The position numbers were made by a program, and so were the translations under genes. From a virus (taxonomy: Duplodnaviria > Caudoviricetes): 36,342 bases of DNA. The notes below the pieces were generated by a model that saw nothing but the letters and a program-made list of their open reading frames with translations, made no database searches and was not told the origin of the DNA. This document shows positions 1 to 8,478 of the stretch, one piece after another (the stretch's first letter is position 1; each line of letters starts with the position of its first letter). The DNA lies in IMG/VR virus record IMGVR_UViG_3300025429_000005, positions 1 to 36,342 of that record; one strand, written 5' to 3'.

Positions 1-84
1 ATTTTTGGAATATCTGCATTAAACACAACAGTAACTTTAACAACAGAACAATGTTATTGGATTGTTGATGCAATACTAAAGAAA
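1..84. repeat. Left copy of an 84-bp exact terminal direct repeat (circular-assembly overlap or true terminal redundancy)
   Basis: 1-84 (atttttggaa...ctaaagaaa) is identical to 36259-36342. Confidence 0.95.
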
Positions 85-99
85 GCGAGTGAGAAATGA
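1..99 (+). CDS. C-terminal part of the 144-aa modular protein that starts at 35923 and spans the genome join
   Basis: Frame 1 reads IFGISALNTTVTLTTEQCYWIVDAILKKASEK then TGA at 97-99, in frame with the ORF from 35923. Not in the supplied ORF track. Confidence 0.85.
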   Translation: MFGISALNTTVTLTTEQCYWIVDAILKKASEK

Positions 100-356
100 C
101 AGCAAATGAACTAGCAGATATAAATGAGTGGTCTTGTTGTGCTCATAGTAAACAAGTTTCTGCCATGCTACGTCAACAAGCACAAGAAATAGAAGCGTTA
201 AATAATGCAGTAGATTCTTTAGTATTAAATAATGTTTTGTGGGAGTTAACAGATGAGGAAATACTAGCCCTATGGGTAAAGAAAAACAATCTAAATGGTG
301 CTAAAGATATTTTAGATTTTGCTAGAGATTTATTAAAGAAAGCGAGTGAGAAATGA
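77..356 (+). repeat. 23-bp perfect direct repeat TAAAGAAAGCGAGTGAGAAATGA at 77-99 and 334-356
   Basis: Both copies are visible. Each encodes KKASEK-stop and contains the ATGA stop/start overlap for the next gene. Confidence 0.9.
96..356 (+). CDS. Hypothetical phage protein (86 aa) with ELTDEEI...LKKASEK module
   Basis: ATGA coupling at both ends. Shares ELTxEEI and LKKASEK with the upstream gene. Confidence 0.8.
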   Translation: MTANELADINEWSCCAHSKQVSAMLRQQAQEIEALNNAVDSLVLNNVLWELTDEEILALWVKKNNLNGAKDILDFARDLLKKASEK

Positions 357-1735
357 AAATTGTTGTCATTACGCCCACAACAGGAAAAGAAACATTGCAA
401 AGAGCTATTGATTCTGTCAAAGCACAGACTATGAAATGTGAACATTGGGTGATTGTTGATGGAAAATTCGATTTTTCTTGTGACGCAGACGTTGTTATTC
501 ATTTACCAGAAAATACGGGAAGGGCAGGCGGTATTTTATGGAATGGTCAACGCATCTACGCAGGTATGCCGTTTATGATCAATGCAGATTATATGCTGTT
601 CTTAGATGAAGATAATTGGTTTGAACCAACACATGTCAATGATATGGTGTTTAAATGTGAATCGGAAAACCTAGCATGGTGCTATTCACTGCGCAGAATC
701 TTTAATACAGAAGGCGAATACGTCTGTAATGATGACGTTGAATCACTTGGCAAACTCTCTAGCAATCCAGATACATTTGTGGATATGAACTGCTATTGTG
801 TTAGAGGGGATGTCTTACCTACTTTATCTCCAGCTCTCTATCATGGTGGCTGGGGTGAAGATCGTGCATTTTATCAAGCGCTTGTAGATAATGCACCACA
901 ATTTGAGTGTACGAATGGCTATACCGTGAACTACACTGCACCCGATCGTTTATTACCCATGTTTTTAAATAACCAAAAAAAGGAAACTCAAATGGCATCT
1001 ATTTTTATTGCAACACCTATGTATGGCGGTATGTGTGCAGGATATTACACACAATCTATTCTCCAACTTTCCGATTTACTCAAACAACACGGTATTGAGA
1101 ATACTTTTAGCTTTATGTTTAATGAATCTCTCATCACCAGAGCAAGAAATGCACTTACAAACGCATTTTTAAAGAAAGAGGGCTGCACACATCTCATGTT
1201 TATTGATGCAGATATTCACTTTAAACCGCATGATGTATTAAGTCTTTTACAAGCTGATAAAGACATTATTTGTGGCATCTATCCTAAAAAAGAAATCAAT
1301 TGGCATGGTGTAGAGAAGGCAGTTAAAAATAACGTGCCACAGGATCAATTAAAACGTCATACAGGCAGCTTTGTAGTGAACTTAGTAGGTTATGCAGGAG
1401 AAGTAACTGTACCGATTAATGAACCCGTAGAAATCTTTAATGGTGGCACTGGATTTATGCTTATCAAACGTGAAGTATTTGAAAAAATGAAAGATTCTAT
1501 GCCGTTCTACTTAAATGATGTGACTGATTTAGGCGGAAACATGGAACAGCAAGACAAGATTACAGAATATTTTGCAACCAGCATAGAACCAGAAACAGGC
1601 AGATTGTTGTCTGAAGATTATCACTTCTGTTACAACTGGCGCAAAATGGGTGGTAAAGTGTATGCTGCCCCGTGGGCTGAGTTATCCCACATTGGAACAT
1701 ACGCTTTTGATGGCAGACTTACTCCTGCCGCATAA
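353..1735 (+). CDS. Two-domain glycosyltransferase: N-terminal GT2-like domain plus a second GT-A-fold domain
   Basis: N-domain: VVITPT start, WVIVDG, LFLDEDNW (DxD), WGED. C-domain from M214: IFIATPMYGG, MFIDADI (DxD), GTGFMLIKREVF, LSEDYHFC, LSHIG. Confidence 0.8.
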   Translation: MKIVVITPTTGKETLQRAIDSVKAQTMKCEHWVIVDGKFDFSCDADVVIHLPENTGRAGGILWNGQRIYAGMPFMINADYMLFLDEDNWFEPTHVNDMVFKCESENLAWCYSLRRIFNTEGEYVCNDDVESLGKLSSNPDTFVDMNCYCVRGDVLPTLSPALYHGGWGEDRAFYQALVDNAPQFECTNGYTVNYTAPDRLLPMFLNNQKKETQMASIFIATPMYGGMCAGYYTQSILQLSDLLKQHGIENTFSFMFNESLITRARNALTNAFLKKEGCTHLMFIDADIHFKPHDVLSLLQADKDIICGIYPKKEINWHGVEKAVKNNVPQDQLKRHTGSFVVNLVGYAGEVTVPINEPVEIFNGGTGFMLIKREVFEKMKDSMPFYLNDVTDLGGNMEQQDKITEYFATSIEPETGRLLSEDYHFCYNWRKMGGKVYAAPWAELSHIGTYAFDGRLTPAA

Positions 1736-2432
1736 AGATTAAATTAACAAATGTTTGAGAGCAGAGAATATAACCTTTGCTCTCTAACAATTCCATCATC
1801 TTATTGATTGTGCCAGGCGCAAATTCCTCACTCGGCTCAACCATAATAATAAGCGGTTTGTATTTGTCAAAATCAATGTCTGCAAGGATGTTGTAATCAT
1901 AACCCTCAATATCAATGCTTAAAATAATGTCTACATGTCTTGGTAAGTGCATCTGATCAAATAAACTGTTGATGCGTATTGCAGGAACATGTATCACACC
2001 ACTGACTTCACCTTCTTTCCATGCTTTGACAAAATCCTTGTTTAAAGAAGATATTTCATTGTCTGGAGATAAGTAAAACTCTACTTCTGCAACATCTTGA
2101 TCCGTCACAGCTGCATTGATAATGGTGTCATTGTGTCTATGTTGCTGTAATTGCGGTATAAGGTCAGGATTAGCTTCTACTAGCACAGTATGAATACCCA
2201 TTTTTTGTTTAAGTAAGAAACTTGCACTGGTAGCTACTGGATGGTTTGCGCCAATTTCAAAAAAGATTAAATACATCATTTTCTTTGTGCGCAGCATATA
2301 CGCCCGTAATAAAGACTCTAAAATGACATCTTCATAGGCTTGTGAATAACTTGGTTGCAATTGCACAGGAATCGTGGGATGTTCCATGTGATTATCAGTA
2401 ATGTGTTGATATATGTATGGATTAAGGTGCAT
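1719..2432 (-). CDS. FkbM-family SAM-dependent methyltransferase
   Basis: SYSQxxED, EIGANHP, VLVEANP, SIDIEGYD and KPLIIMVE motifs typical of FkbM/Methyltransf_21. Confidence 0.8.
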   Translation of the reverse strand: MHLNPYIYQHITDNHMEHPTIPVQLQPSYSQAYEDVILESLLRAYMLRTKKMMYLIFFEIGANHPVATSASFLLKQKMGIHTVLVEANPDLIPQLQQHRHNDTIINAAVTDQDVAEVEFYLSPDNEISSLNKDFVKAWKEGEVSGVIHVPAIRINSLFDQMHLPRHVDIILSIDIEGYDYNILADIDFDKYKPLIIMVEPSEEFAPGTINKMMELLESKGYILCSQTFVNLIFMRQE

Positions 2433-3730
2433 TACAATTCTCCTAAATATTGATTTTCTTTTTCTAAAAATAACTGCAAACGTAAACGTAATTGTTCTTG
2501 ATTACTGATTGTCAATGCCATATCACCAAATACACGCAATAAGTCTTTTTCTGACTTACTGGCTAATTCTTGTCTTAATATATCTTTGTAATGTTTCGAT
2601 AGTGTGATTGCTTGATTGACAGGCTCATGTATTTGAGCCACTAACCAATCTGGTAACTCTGGTTCTGCAAAAGTAGCTTGCCAATTTTTAAACTCTTTAA
2701 TGTGTCCATGATTCGCACAATTAAATGCTTCTAAAATTAAATTGGTATCACCGAACTGTGAATTAGCTAATAAATAATTAAAGTGTTTAGGTAATACTGG
2801 TTTTTCTTTAGTGTAAAAGAATTTATCAGAATAAATGCCAACTAAGACGTTTAAATCAACGTAGGATGAAAGAAAACTCCATGTTGCACCCGTACTGCTT
2901 AAATCTACATATAATGCGTCTGGTGGGCTTTGTGTGCGCAAATACTCAATTGCGTTTTGTGGATCTTTATATGCTAAAGTGCGGCTGAAAGGTAAATAAG
3001 TGCTAGTGTCATAGTAATGACTGTAAAGTCTGCCCAAAAGATAACAGTCCCTACCCAAGAATACGACTGGATGCTCATTCTTTCTTCTATGTACCAATTC
3101 CGCAAAGCAGAACAGAAGCGGAATATTGTATTGATGAGCAACTTGTGTAAATTCATGATCTTGACACCGTAATCGCAACTCACGCATGAGTAATGCTAAT
3201 ACTTGAAATCCTTGATGATATAAATGCTGTTCATGGTTGGTAAAATGTGTACCTTCATAGTGTATAGCAGAAATACCAGCTTGTGTAGGCATATTCACAT
3301 CACTATGGATATTGTCACCTAAATGTTGATCTGGTTTAATTCTTTCCCATGCACGACCACTTGCTTTATCGCCATTACTTTGATAAATAGTGACTTGCTT
3401 ATCAAAGCCAGCATTGCGCAACATTTGCATGATCACCCAACCAGGCAAATACATATCAGAGATTAAAACATCTCCATTTTTCACTTTTTCGAAATTTTTT
3501 GTTACGGGGAAAGCCGAATTAATTTCTAATTCAATCTCCCGTGCCATTTGGGAATTTAATCCTCCAAATGCGTCATAGATTTCCTCAAGGCTACGTTGAC
3601 CGTTATCCGCAGATACTCTACGAGCAACAAAATCCCTATCATCAAACTCACTTGCTATGGTTTCCCAAATGATATGACTGGTTATAAAACGCCTAGCAAT
3701 CAGCGTATCAAATACATCAAAACTGTTCAT
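2432..3730 (-). CDS. HAD-superfamily phosphatase fused to a PRTase-like domain; probable glycan ribofuranosyltransferase
   Basis: HAD motifs SFDVFDTL, LISDMYL, K, HLGDNIHSD. C-terminal FLGRDC, PFSR and YVDLSSTGAT (resembling a PRPP-binding loop). RBS AGGGGA at 3735-3740. Confidence 0.7.
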   Translation of the reverse strand: MNSFDVFDTLIARRFITSHIIWETIASEFDDRDFVARRVSADNGQRSLEEIYDAFGGLNSQMAREIELEINSAFPVTKNFEKVKNGDVLISDMYLPGWVIMQMLRNAGFDKQVTIYQSNGDKASGRAWERIKPDQHLGDNIHSDVNMPTQAGISAIHYEGTHFTNHEQHLYHQGFQVLALLMRELRLRCQDHEFTQVAHQYNIPLLFCFAELVHRRKNEHPVVFLGRDCYLLGRLYSHYYDTSTYLPFSRTLAYKDPQNAIEYLRTQSPPDALYVDLSSTGATWSFLSSYVDLNVLVGIYSDKFFYTKEKPVLPKHFNYLLANSQFGDTNLILEAFNCANHGHIKEFKNWQATFAEPELPDWLVAQIHEPVNQAITLSKHYKDILRQELASKSEKDLLRVFGDMALTISNQEQLRLRLQLFLEKENQYLGEL

Positions 3731-3748
3731 CTTATCCCCTAATAAATA

Positions 3749-3973
3749 CTACCTACAACCCCATCTTTGCCTTGCAGCTTTACCACGTTCACCTTTCCAG
3801 CTTTTTGATCTAGCGCAAAAAGACTTGTGACGTGGTCCTGATTTCTGTGGTGCTTTCAAATTACTACCAGTTGCACGGTTATACTTTCTGCGCCCTTTAG
3901 CAGTCAAACCACCGCCACGAGCAACAGATTGTTTCTCACCTCTACCAACAGAAAGGTTAGGTTTAGAATTCAT
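3749..3973 (-). CDS. Small, very basic phage protein (DUF6321-like)
   Basis: GGLTAKGRRKYN...LKAP...KSFCAR...RWGC pattern. Family label is from recall only. Confidence 0.65.
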   Translation of the reverse strand: MNSKPNLSVGRGEKQSVARGGGLTAKGRRKYNRATGSNLKAPQKSGPRHKSFCARSKSWKGERGKAARQRWGCR

Positions 3974-4485
3974 GCAATCATGTTCTCCGCTTCACTTTGT
4001 ACACTAGCAACACGGTTTAACCAACCTTTACCGAATGTAGCAAAAGTATTTAATGATTTATAAAAAGCAGTTTTTTCAGCAGAAAAGTTTTCTAAAAGAG
4101 AACGTGTATTCGCCTTACTAATCGCTTGTATCGTTCCTTGCCCAATAATACCGTCAGCATCAACTCCAACGGCTTCTTGCAAAAGTTTAGCAGCTCTACC
4201 CACACCCATATTAACAGCAGCATCAAAAGTGGCATAATCGACACCAGCAGGAAGATCGTCACCATGTACTTTATCCCAATATAATTGCTTGTAAAGGTCG
4301 TGAACATCTTGGTCGCTTATATTTTTTAAATCATCTTTAGTTAAATGAGGATTACGTTTCCAGTCTTTAAAAACCGCAAAAGTAATTCCCTTCATTGTAG
4401 CTCCACCTGGATCTTGAGGGTTATCACTCCAAAGCCCTTCTGACTTTAAAACGTGCGCTAACGCTGTATCAAAATTATCCTTCAT
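3970..4485 (-). CDS. Endolysin, glycoside hydrolase family 108 with C-terminal peptidoglycan-binding domain
   Basis: SEG...DPGGATMKGIT, YWD, FDAAVNMG, DGIIGxxT, FGKGWLNR. Start moved to 4485 (MKDNF) because GGAG precedes it. Confidence 0.9.
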   Translation of the reverse strand: MKDNFDTALAHVLKSEGLWSDNPQDPGGATMKGITFAVFKDWKRNPHLTKDDLKNISDQDVHDLYKQLYWDKVHGDDLPAGVDYATFDAAVNMGVGRAAKLLQEAVGVDADGIIGQGTIQAISKANTRSLLENFSAEKTAFYKSLNTFATFGKGWLNRVASVQSEAENMIA

Positions 4486-4696
4486 CGGTTTCTCCAATTT
4501 TGATTCCAGTAATCAATCCAATGAATCCACCAACAATTGTCTGAAATGCTGGTGTAATCGCTTCAAATATTTTAGTGTTATCTACTTTTTCAAAAAAAAG
4601 TCCAGTTAACAAAACAAATACCATACTTAATAATATAATAGACAATGTGACAGTTGCAATTAATGTTACCCAATACCCTAATTTTTGTTCATTCAT
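4475..4696 (-). CDS. Small two-TM membrane protein in the lysis cassette
   Basis: Two hydrophobic stretches (VTLIATVTLSIILLSMVFVLLTGLFF; AFQTIVGGFIGLITGI) between holin and endolysin. Confidence 0.7.
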   Translation of the reverse strand: MNEQKLGYWVTLIATVTLSIILLSMVFVLLTGLFFEKVDNTKIFEAITPAFQTIVGGFIGLITGIKIGETDEG

Positions 4697-5100
4697 TTAG
4701 CAGCTACTCCCTGTACCTTTTCAAATGTTCTGAGTCCACCCATACCTAACATACCCATCATGAGTTGCCATAAATTGTCATCAAGTCCTGGCATTAGTGG
4801 CACGTTATATCCAGCAACACCTGCTAACCATGTAATGATTGGTTTTAGTAAATATTGGTAGAACAATGCCAACGCACAAACCCATCCGATTGCTGGTCGC
4901 CAGCCCGATACAAATAATGACGCATTACTAGCCTCTACTTTATTAATATCTGTTTGTGCAGTCATTGACGCTAATTCGCCTGACTGTTGCAATTTTAATA
5001 ATTCTAACTTTGCTTGATCAGCTTGTGCAGGATCAGGAAATATCCTCGTAATAAGGGTATTCCCTAAATCTAATGCAGCAGAGATAGGATCTAAAGACAT
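4693..5100 (-). CDS. Holin (3TM / GTA-holin-like)
   Basis: EASNASLFVSGWRPAIGWVC and LMMGMLGMGGLRTFEK motifs; next to endolysin. Confidence 0.8.
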   Translation of the reverse strand: MSLDPISAALDLGNTLITRIFPDPAQADQAKLELLKLQQSGELASMTAQTDINKVEASNASLFVSGWRPAIGWVCALALFYQYLLKPIITWLAGVAGYNVPLMPGLDDNLWQLMMGMLGMGGLRTFEKVQGVAAK

Positions 5101-5252
5101 TACAGTGCTTTAAAAAAGTCTTTAACCTTATCCCATGCTTCTTCAGCAATATTTTCTACTTCTGCAGGAATGTTAGCAATTTGTTGTTCGAGTTGCGCAA
5201 CTTCTTGTCTTTTAGCGTCTAAGTCCGCTTGTAACTTTTCTTTAATGTTCAT
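5100..5252 (-). CDS. Unannotated 50-aa coiled-coil protein
   Basis: MNIKEKLQADLDAKRQEVAQLEQQIANIPAEVENIAEEAWDKVKDFFKAL. AAGGA RBS, ATGA overlap upstream, TAATG overlap with holin. Confidence 0.7.
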   Translation of the reverse strand: MNIKEKLQADLDAKRQEVAQLEQQIANIPAEVENIAEEAWDKVKDFFKAL

Positions 5253-5407
5253 TTTGATCCTTTTTTGGTTTCGGTTTTATGTGATTGACGTGCAGATTTC
5301 ACTCCAGCAGCAACAGCTAATGTTTCTGGTGCGCCTTGTTTTAACTTAGGATTCATGGTCTGACCAATTGCTTTTAATCCTAATGTACTTTTTTGTTTAG
5401 TAGCCAT
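5249..5407 (-). CDS. Unannotated 52-aa Lys-rich protein
   Basis: MATKQKSTLGLKAIGQTMNPKLKQGAPETLAVAAGVKSARQSHKTETKKGSK. Coupled to both neighbours by stop/start overlaps. Confidence 0.7.
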   Translation of the reverse strand: MATKQKSTLGLKAIGQTMNPKLKQGAPETLAVAAGVKSARQSHKTETKKGSK

Positions 5408-5616
5408 TAGTACACCTTCTTTCCACCAGATTTAGATGTGTAAGAGTTTTTAGAATCTCCACCATCTTCAAATCTCCAAATAGATTGAAAACCACCAATC
5501 GGCATCTTTCCTAAACGATAATGCTCATGATGACCATAAGTATCACTAATTGTTTCTGGTCTTGTTGCAACCTTTAATGGGTGCATTTTGACATTCTTTC
5601 CACTTTCATCTTTCAT
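5407..5616 (-). CDS. Hypothetical protein (69 aa)
   Basis: AGGAG RBS upstream; in operon order. Confidence 0.7.
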   Translation of the reverse strand: MKDESGKNVKMHPLKVATRPETISDTYGHHEHYRLGKMPIGGFQSIWRFEDGGDSKNSYTSKSGGKKVY

Positions 5617-5625
5617 TTTCAGCTC

Positions 5626-8223
5626 CTATGCTTGAGTTTCTAACCACGATAAACGGCACACAATATTGGCACTTGCACCTGACGTATTGGTTGCCACAAC
5701 ATACAAAATATCTGGACCATCTGGAAATTGACCATTGACCGATGATGGTACGTTATTATTTAAACCACCACCTAATATAGAATTACCAATACCAGAAATT
5801 TGAGATAAATCTAATGTAGACTGATTACCTGATATACCACCAGAGTTGGTATACGCAGCACCAATTGACTCACCACCTGTAATTGTTGCAGTTGCATTAG
5901 AATTAGCAGCCACCTGACAAATAGAAGATGAATAAGTATTGTTTTGTGTTGGTGATGCAAAAGTTCCTGTAAATCCAGTTGTTACACCATTTAAAACTAA
6001 TTGAATTAAGAAGAATCCACTAGACAACACACCCAATTCTTTTAACTGCAATGTCATACGATTGATAATTTCTTTATTACCTAAAGTACCAACAGTACCG
6101 TTATCCACAGACGGTGCTAAACGAATAGCAAGAATAGGTACAGTTGCAGCATTGGCTACCGTGACGTTGGATGTTGTTCCGTAGTTAAAGATAAGTGAAA
6201 AGTCATTATTAAATCCACCATCCATGACCACAGCAGAACCCCAGTGTGATAACACAGCCACAGAATCAGGAGGAGAATATTCTACTAATACGGGAGGAGT
6301 AGAGTTACTTGCTGGATATGCAGCAGTAAATCCAGTAGCAGCTGCACCACCTGTTGCACCCCTAGTCACACCTGTTAACTGATCATATCCTAAACCAGTT
6401 GTTGCATTAGATGTAATGCCTGTATAGGTTGCATACTCAATAGCACCATTGGTTGCAGCAGCTGTAATCTTGACTGTACCACCATTAGGGTTAAATCCAG
6501 AAGCACTTAAAATAGGAATGACGTTTGCACCACTGGTGATGGATGAATATAAAACAGTTGATGGACCTTGACCATTTGATTCATAATGCGATGGTAAGTT
6601 ACCAGAACGTAAGTAAGCATTGGTCTGAATGTTATTGCTCTGTAAAGAATGACAATATGTCACTGCACCATTGGTTGTACGCATACCCCAACGAATAGTA
6701 CCAGCACCATACCAAGAATAATCAATGTATAACATTTGCATCTTTGTAAGGTCTACTTTATATCCACTTGGACCAGTACCATCACAAGGATCTAAATTCC
6801 ATTGAGATTGTGGAATCTTCTGATCAATGGTTTTTGATACTAATGCGTTAGTAATGGTTGCACCACGATATTCTGGAGCAATAAACATTTGCGTATCACT
6901 CGTAATATTCACAACTCTATAAGACTGTCCACGAATGACAATAAAATCATTTGGAAATAATTGTGTTGTAAATGCAGTAGATGTACCTGTTACAGTAGCA
7001 TTACCTTGCGTCACAGCAACAGAACCACTTAATTGATTGATAGAGTTTCTGTAAACGGCATACAATGTTTGACCATCGTATTGGAAGAACATACCGTTTT
7101 GTGAATCAAAATAACCGACTTTGTTAGATGATCCATACCATGAATAAGGACTCACAATTGGCACAGTACCGTTAGACTGTATCGCTGGTGAAGAAGTAAT
7201 TGGTGTACCTACGTTATAAGTAAATGTATTTGCATTGACAACAGATGCAATTTTATAAATACCGTTATAAGCAGCAACAGTTGCGCCAGAAGTTTGAATG
7301 TAAGCATTTGTTGTTAAATTGTGTGGGGTGAAAGTTGTTACGGTTACTGTTGAACCTGTTGCAGTAATAGAACTAACCAACAATTTTGGCTTCATAGATG
7401 TACCAGTAGAAAACTGAATTGCTTTACCAGACTGATAACGGAAATAACGCCTTGTTTGACGTATCATTTGTTGATTCGGTACTGCGCTACCAGCAGTAAA
7501 GTTAACAGATCCGTTGTATGCTCTGGTTTCTACATAACCAGATGGTCTTGAATACACAGTACCTTGTGATGTACCTGAAGTGACTGTACCTGTTAAAGCA
7601 GTTGCAAAAGTAAACTGATTGGCAGAAGGCACACCATTGACAATGTATGCACCATTCAAACCAGCAACACCCGTAGTATTAACAATATACACTAATGAAC
7701 CATAAGACAATCCATGTGCGTAGAGTGTATTGACATACGCAGTACCAGCATTAAGAATAATTGCAGCAGAACTTGAACCTGCTACGGCAATACCAGCATT
7801 GGTATAAAAATATCCTTGATAACCATAGGTAGCAGTTGGATTGTATAAAGTACCAGATATAGTAGCATTGGTAGTCGTTGCAACAATCGCAGTTGCATTT
7901 GAAGAAGTGGTATACCACCATCCGTTTGCGTTAGGATCTAATGTTTCTTCTAAAAATATCGGTTGATTAGCACCAATGTTAGAAGTAGAACTAATAACAA
8001 TAGTAGTTGTTCCATTACCAGCAATGTTTGAAATGTTAATTGGATTGTTTGTAAAATAGAAACAAGATTGACGATTATTTTCTAATGCTAATTGTTCCCA
8101 TTTAACAGATTGTTGACCATACTCAAAGTCTGTGTCAATCAATGACTGTGGTGTTGAAACACGATATTTCGCTACGGGATCTGTCTGCGCTGCTTGTGGC
8201 ACTACAATCATTGAATCTGGCAT
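5626..8223 (-). CDS. Large virion structural / fibre-like protein (865 aa)
   Basis: T/S/G/N-rich beta-strand composition; two HxL...NGxYxV/I...NxFTF/Y repeats; AGGAG RBS. Confidence 0.7.
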   Translation of the reverse strand: MPDSMIVVPQAAQTDPVAKYRVSTPQSLIDTDFEYGQQSVKWEQLALENNRQSCFYFTNNPINISNIAGNGTTTIVISSTSNIGANQPIFLEETLDPNANGWWYTTSSNATAIVATTTNATISGTLYNPTATYGYQGYFYTNAGIAVAGSSSAAIILNAGTAYVNTLYAHGLSYGSLVYIVNTTGVAGLNGAYIVNGVPSANQFTFATALTGTVTSGTSQGTVYSRPSGYVETRAYNGSVNFTAGSAVPNQQMIRQTRRYFRYQSGKAIQFSTGTSMKPKLLVSSITATGSTVTVTTFTPHNLTTNAYIQTSGATVAAYNGIYKIASVVNANTFTYNVGTPITSSPAIQSNGTVPIVSPYSWYGSSNKVGYFDSQNGMFFQYDGQTLYAVYRNSINQLSGSVAVTQGNATVTGTSTAFTTQLFPNDFIVIRGQSYRVVNITSDTQMFIAPEYRGATITNALVSKTIDQKIPQSQWNLDPCDGTGPSGYKVDLTKMQMLYIDYSWYGAGTIRWGMRTTNGAVTYCHSLQSNNIQTNAYLRSGNLPSHYESNGQGPSTVLYSSITSGANVIPILSASGFNPNGGTVKITAAATNGAIEYATYTGITSNATTGLGYDQLTGVTRGATGGAAATGFTAAYPASNSTPPVLVEYSPPDSVAVLSHWGSAVVMDGGFNNDFSLIFNYGTTSNVTVANAATVPILAIRLAPSVDNGTVGTLGNKEIINRMTLQLKELGVLSSGFFLIQLVLNGVTTGFTGTFASPTQNNTYSSSICQVAANSNATATITGGESIGAAYTNSGGISGNQSTLDLSQISGIGNSILGGGLNNNVPSSVNGQFPDGPDILYVVATNTSGASANIVCRLSWLETQA

Positions 8224-8232
8224 GTGTTACTC

Positions 8233-8448
8233 CTAATCAGTTCGGTTTATATCAATATTATTTCTCACCTTTGAATTTATGGCAAGATAACTAAACATAC
8301 AAAAAAATGCCATTACAGATAATGTTTCCCATCTTGGATTCCACATCGCCCAACACGCTAAAGCAAACGATAAGGCAAGTGCCAAAATAATTAACAAACG
8401 ATCCGTAATAACATTTAATGCTAATCTTACTAATGCAATTCCATCCAT
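8233..8448 (-). CDS. Small two-TM membrane protein
   Basis: Two hydrophobic helices; AAGGGGATAA upstream. Confidence 0.65.
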   Translation of the reverse strand: MDGIALVRLALNVITDRLLIILALALSFALACWAMWNPRWETLSVMAFFCMFSYLAINSKVRNNIDINRTD

Positions 8449-8478
8449 ATTTATCCCCTTAAAAACTACATTCTACAT

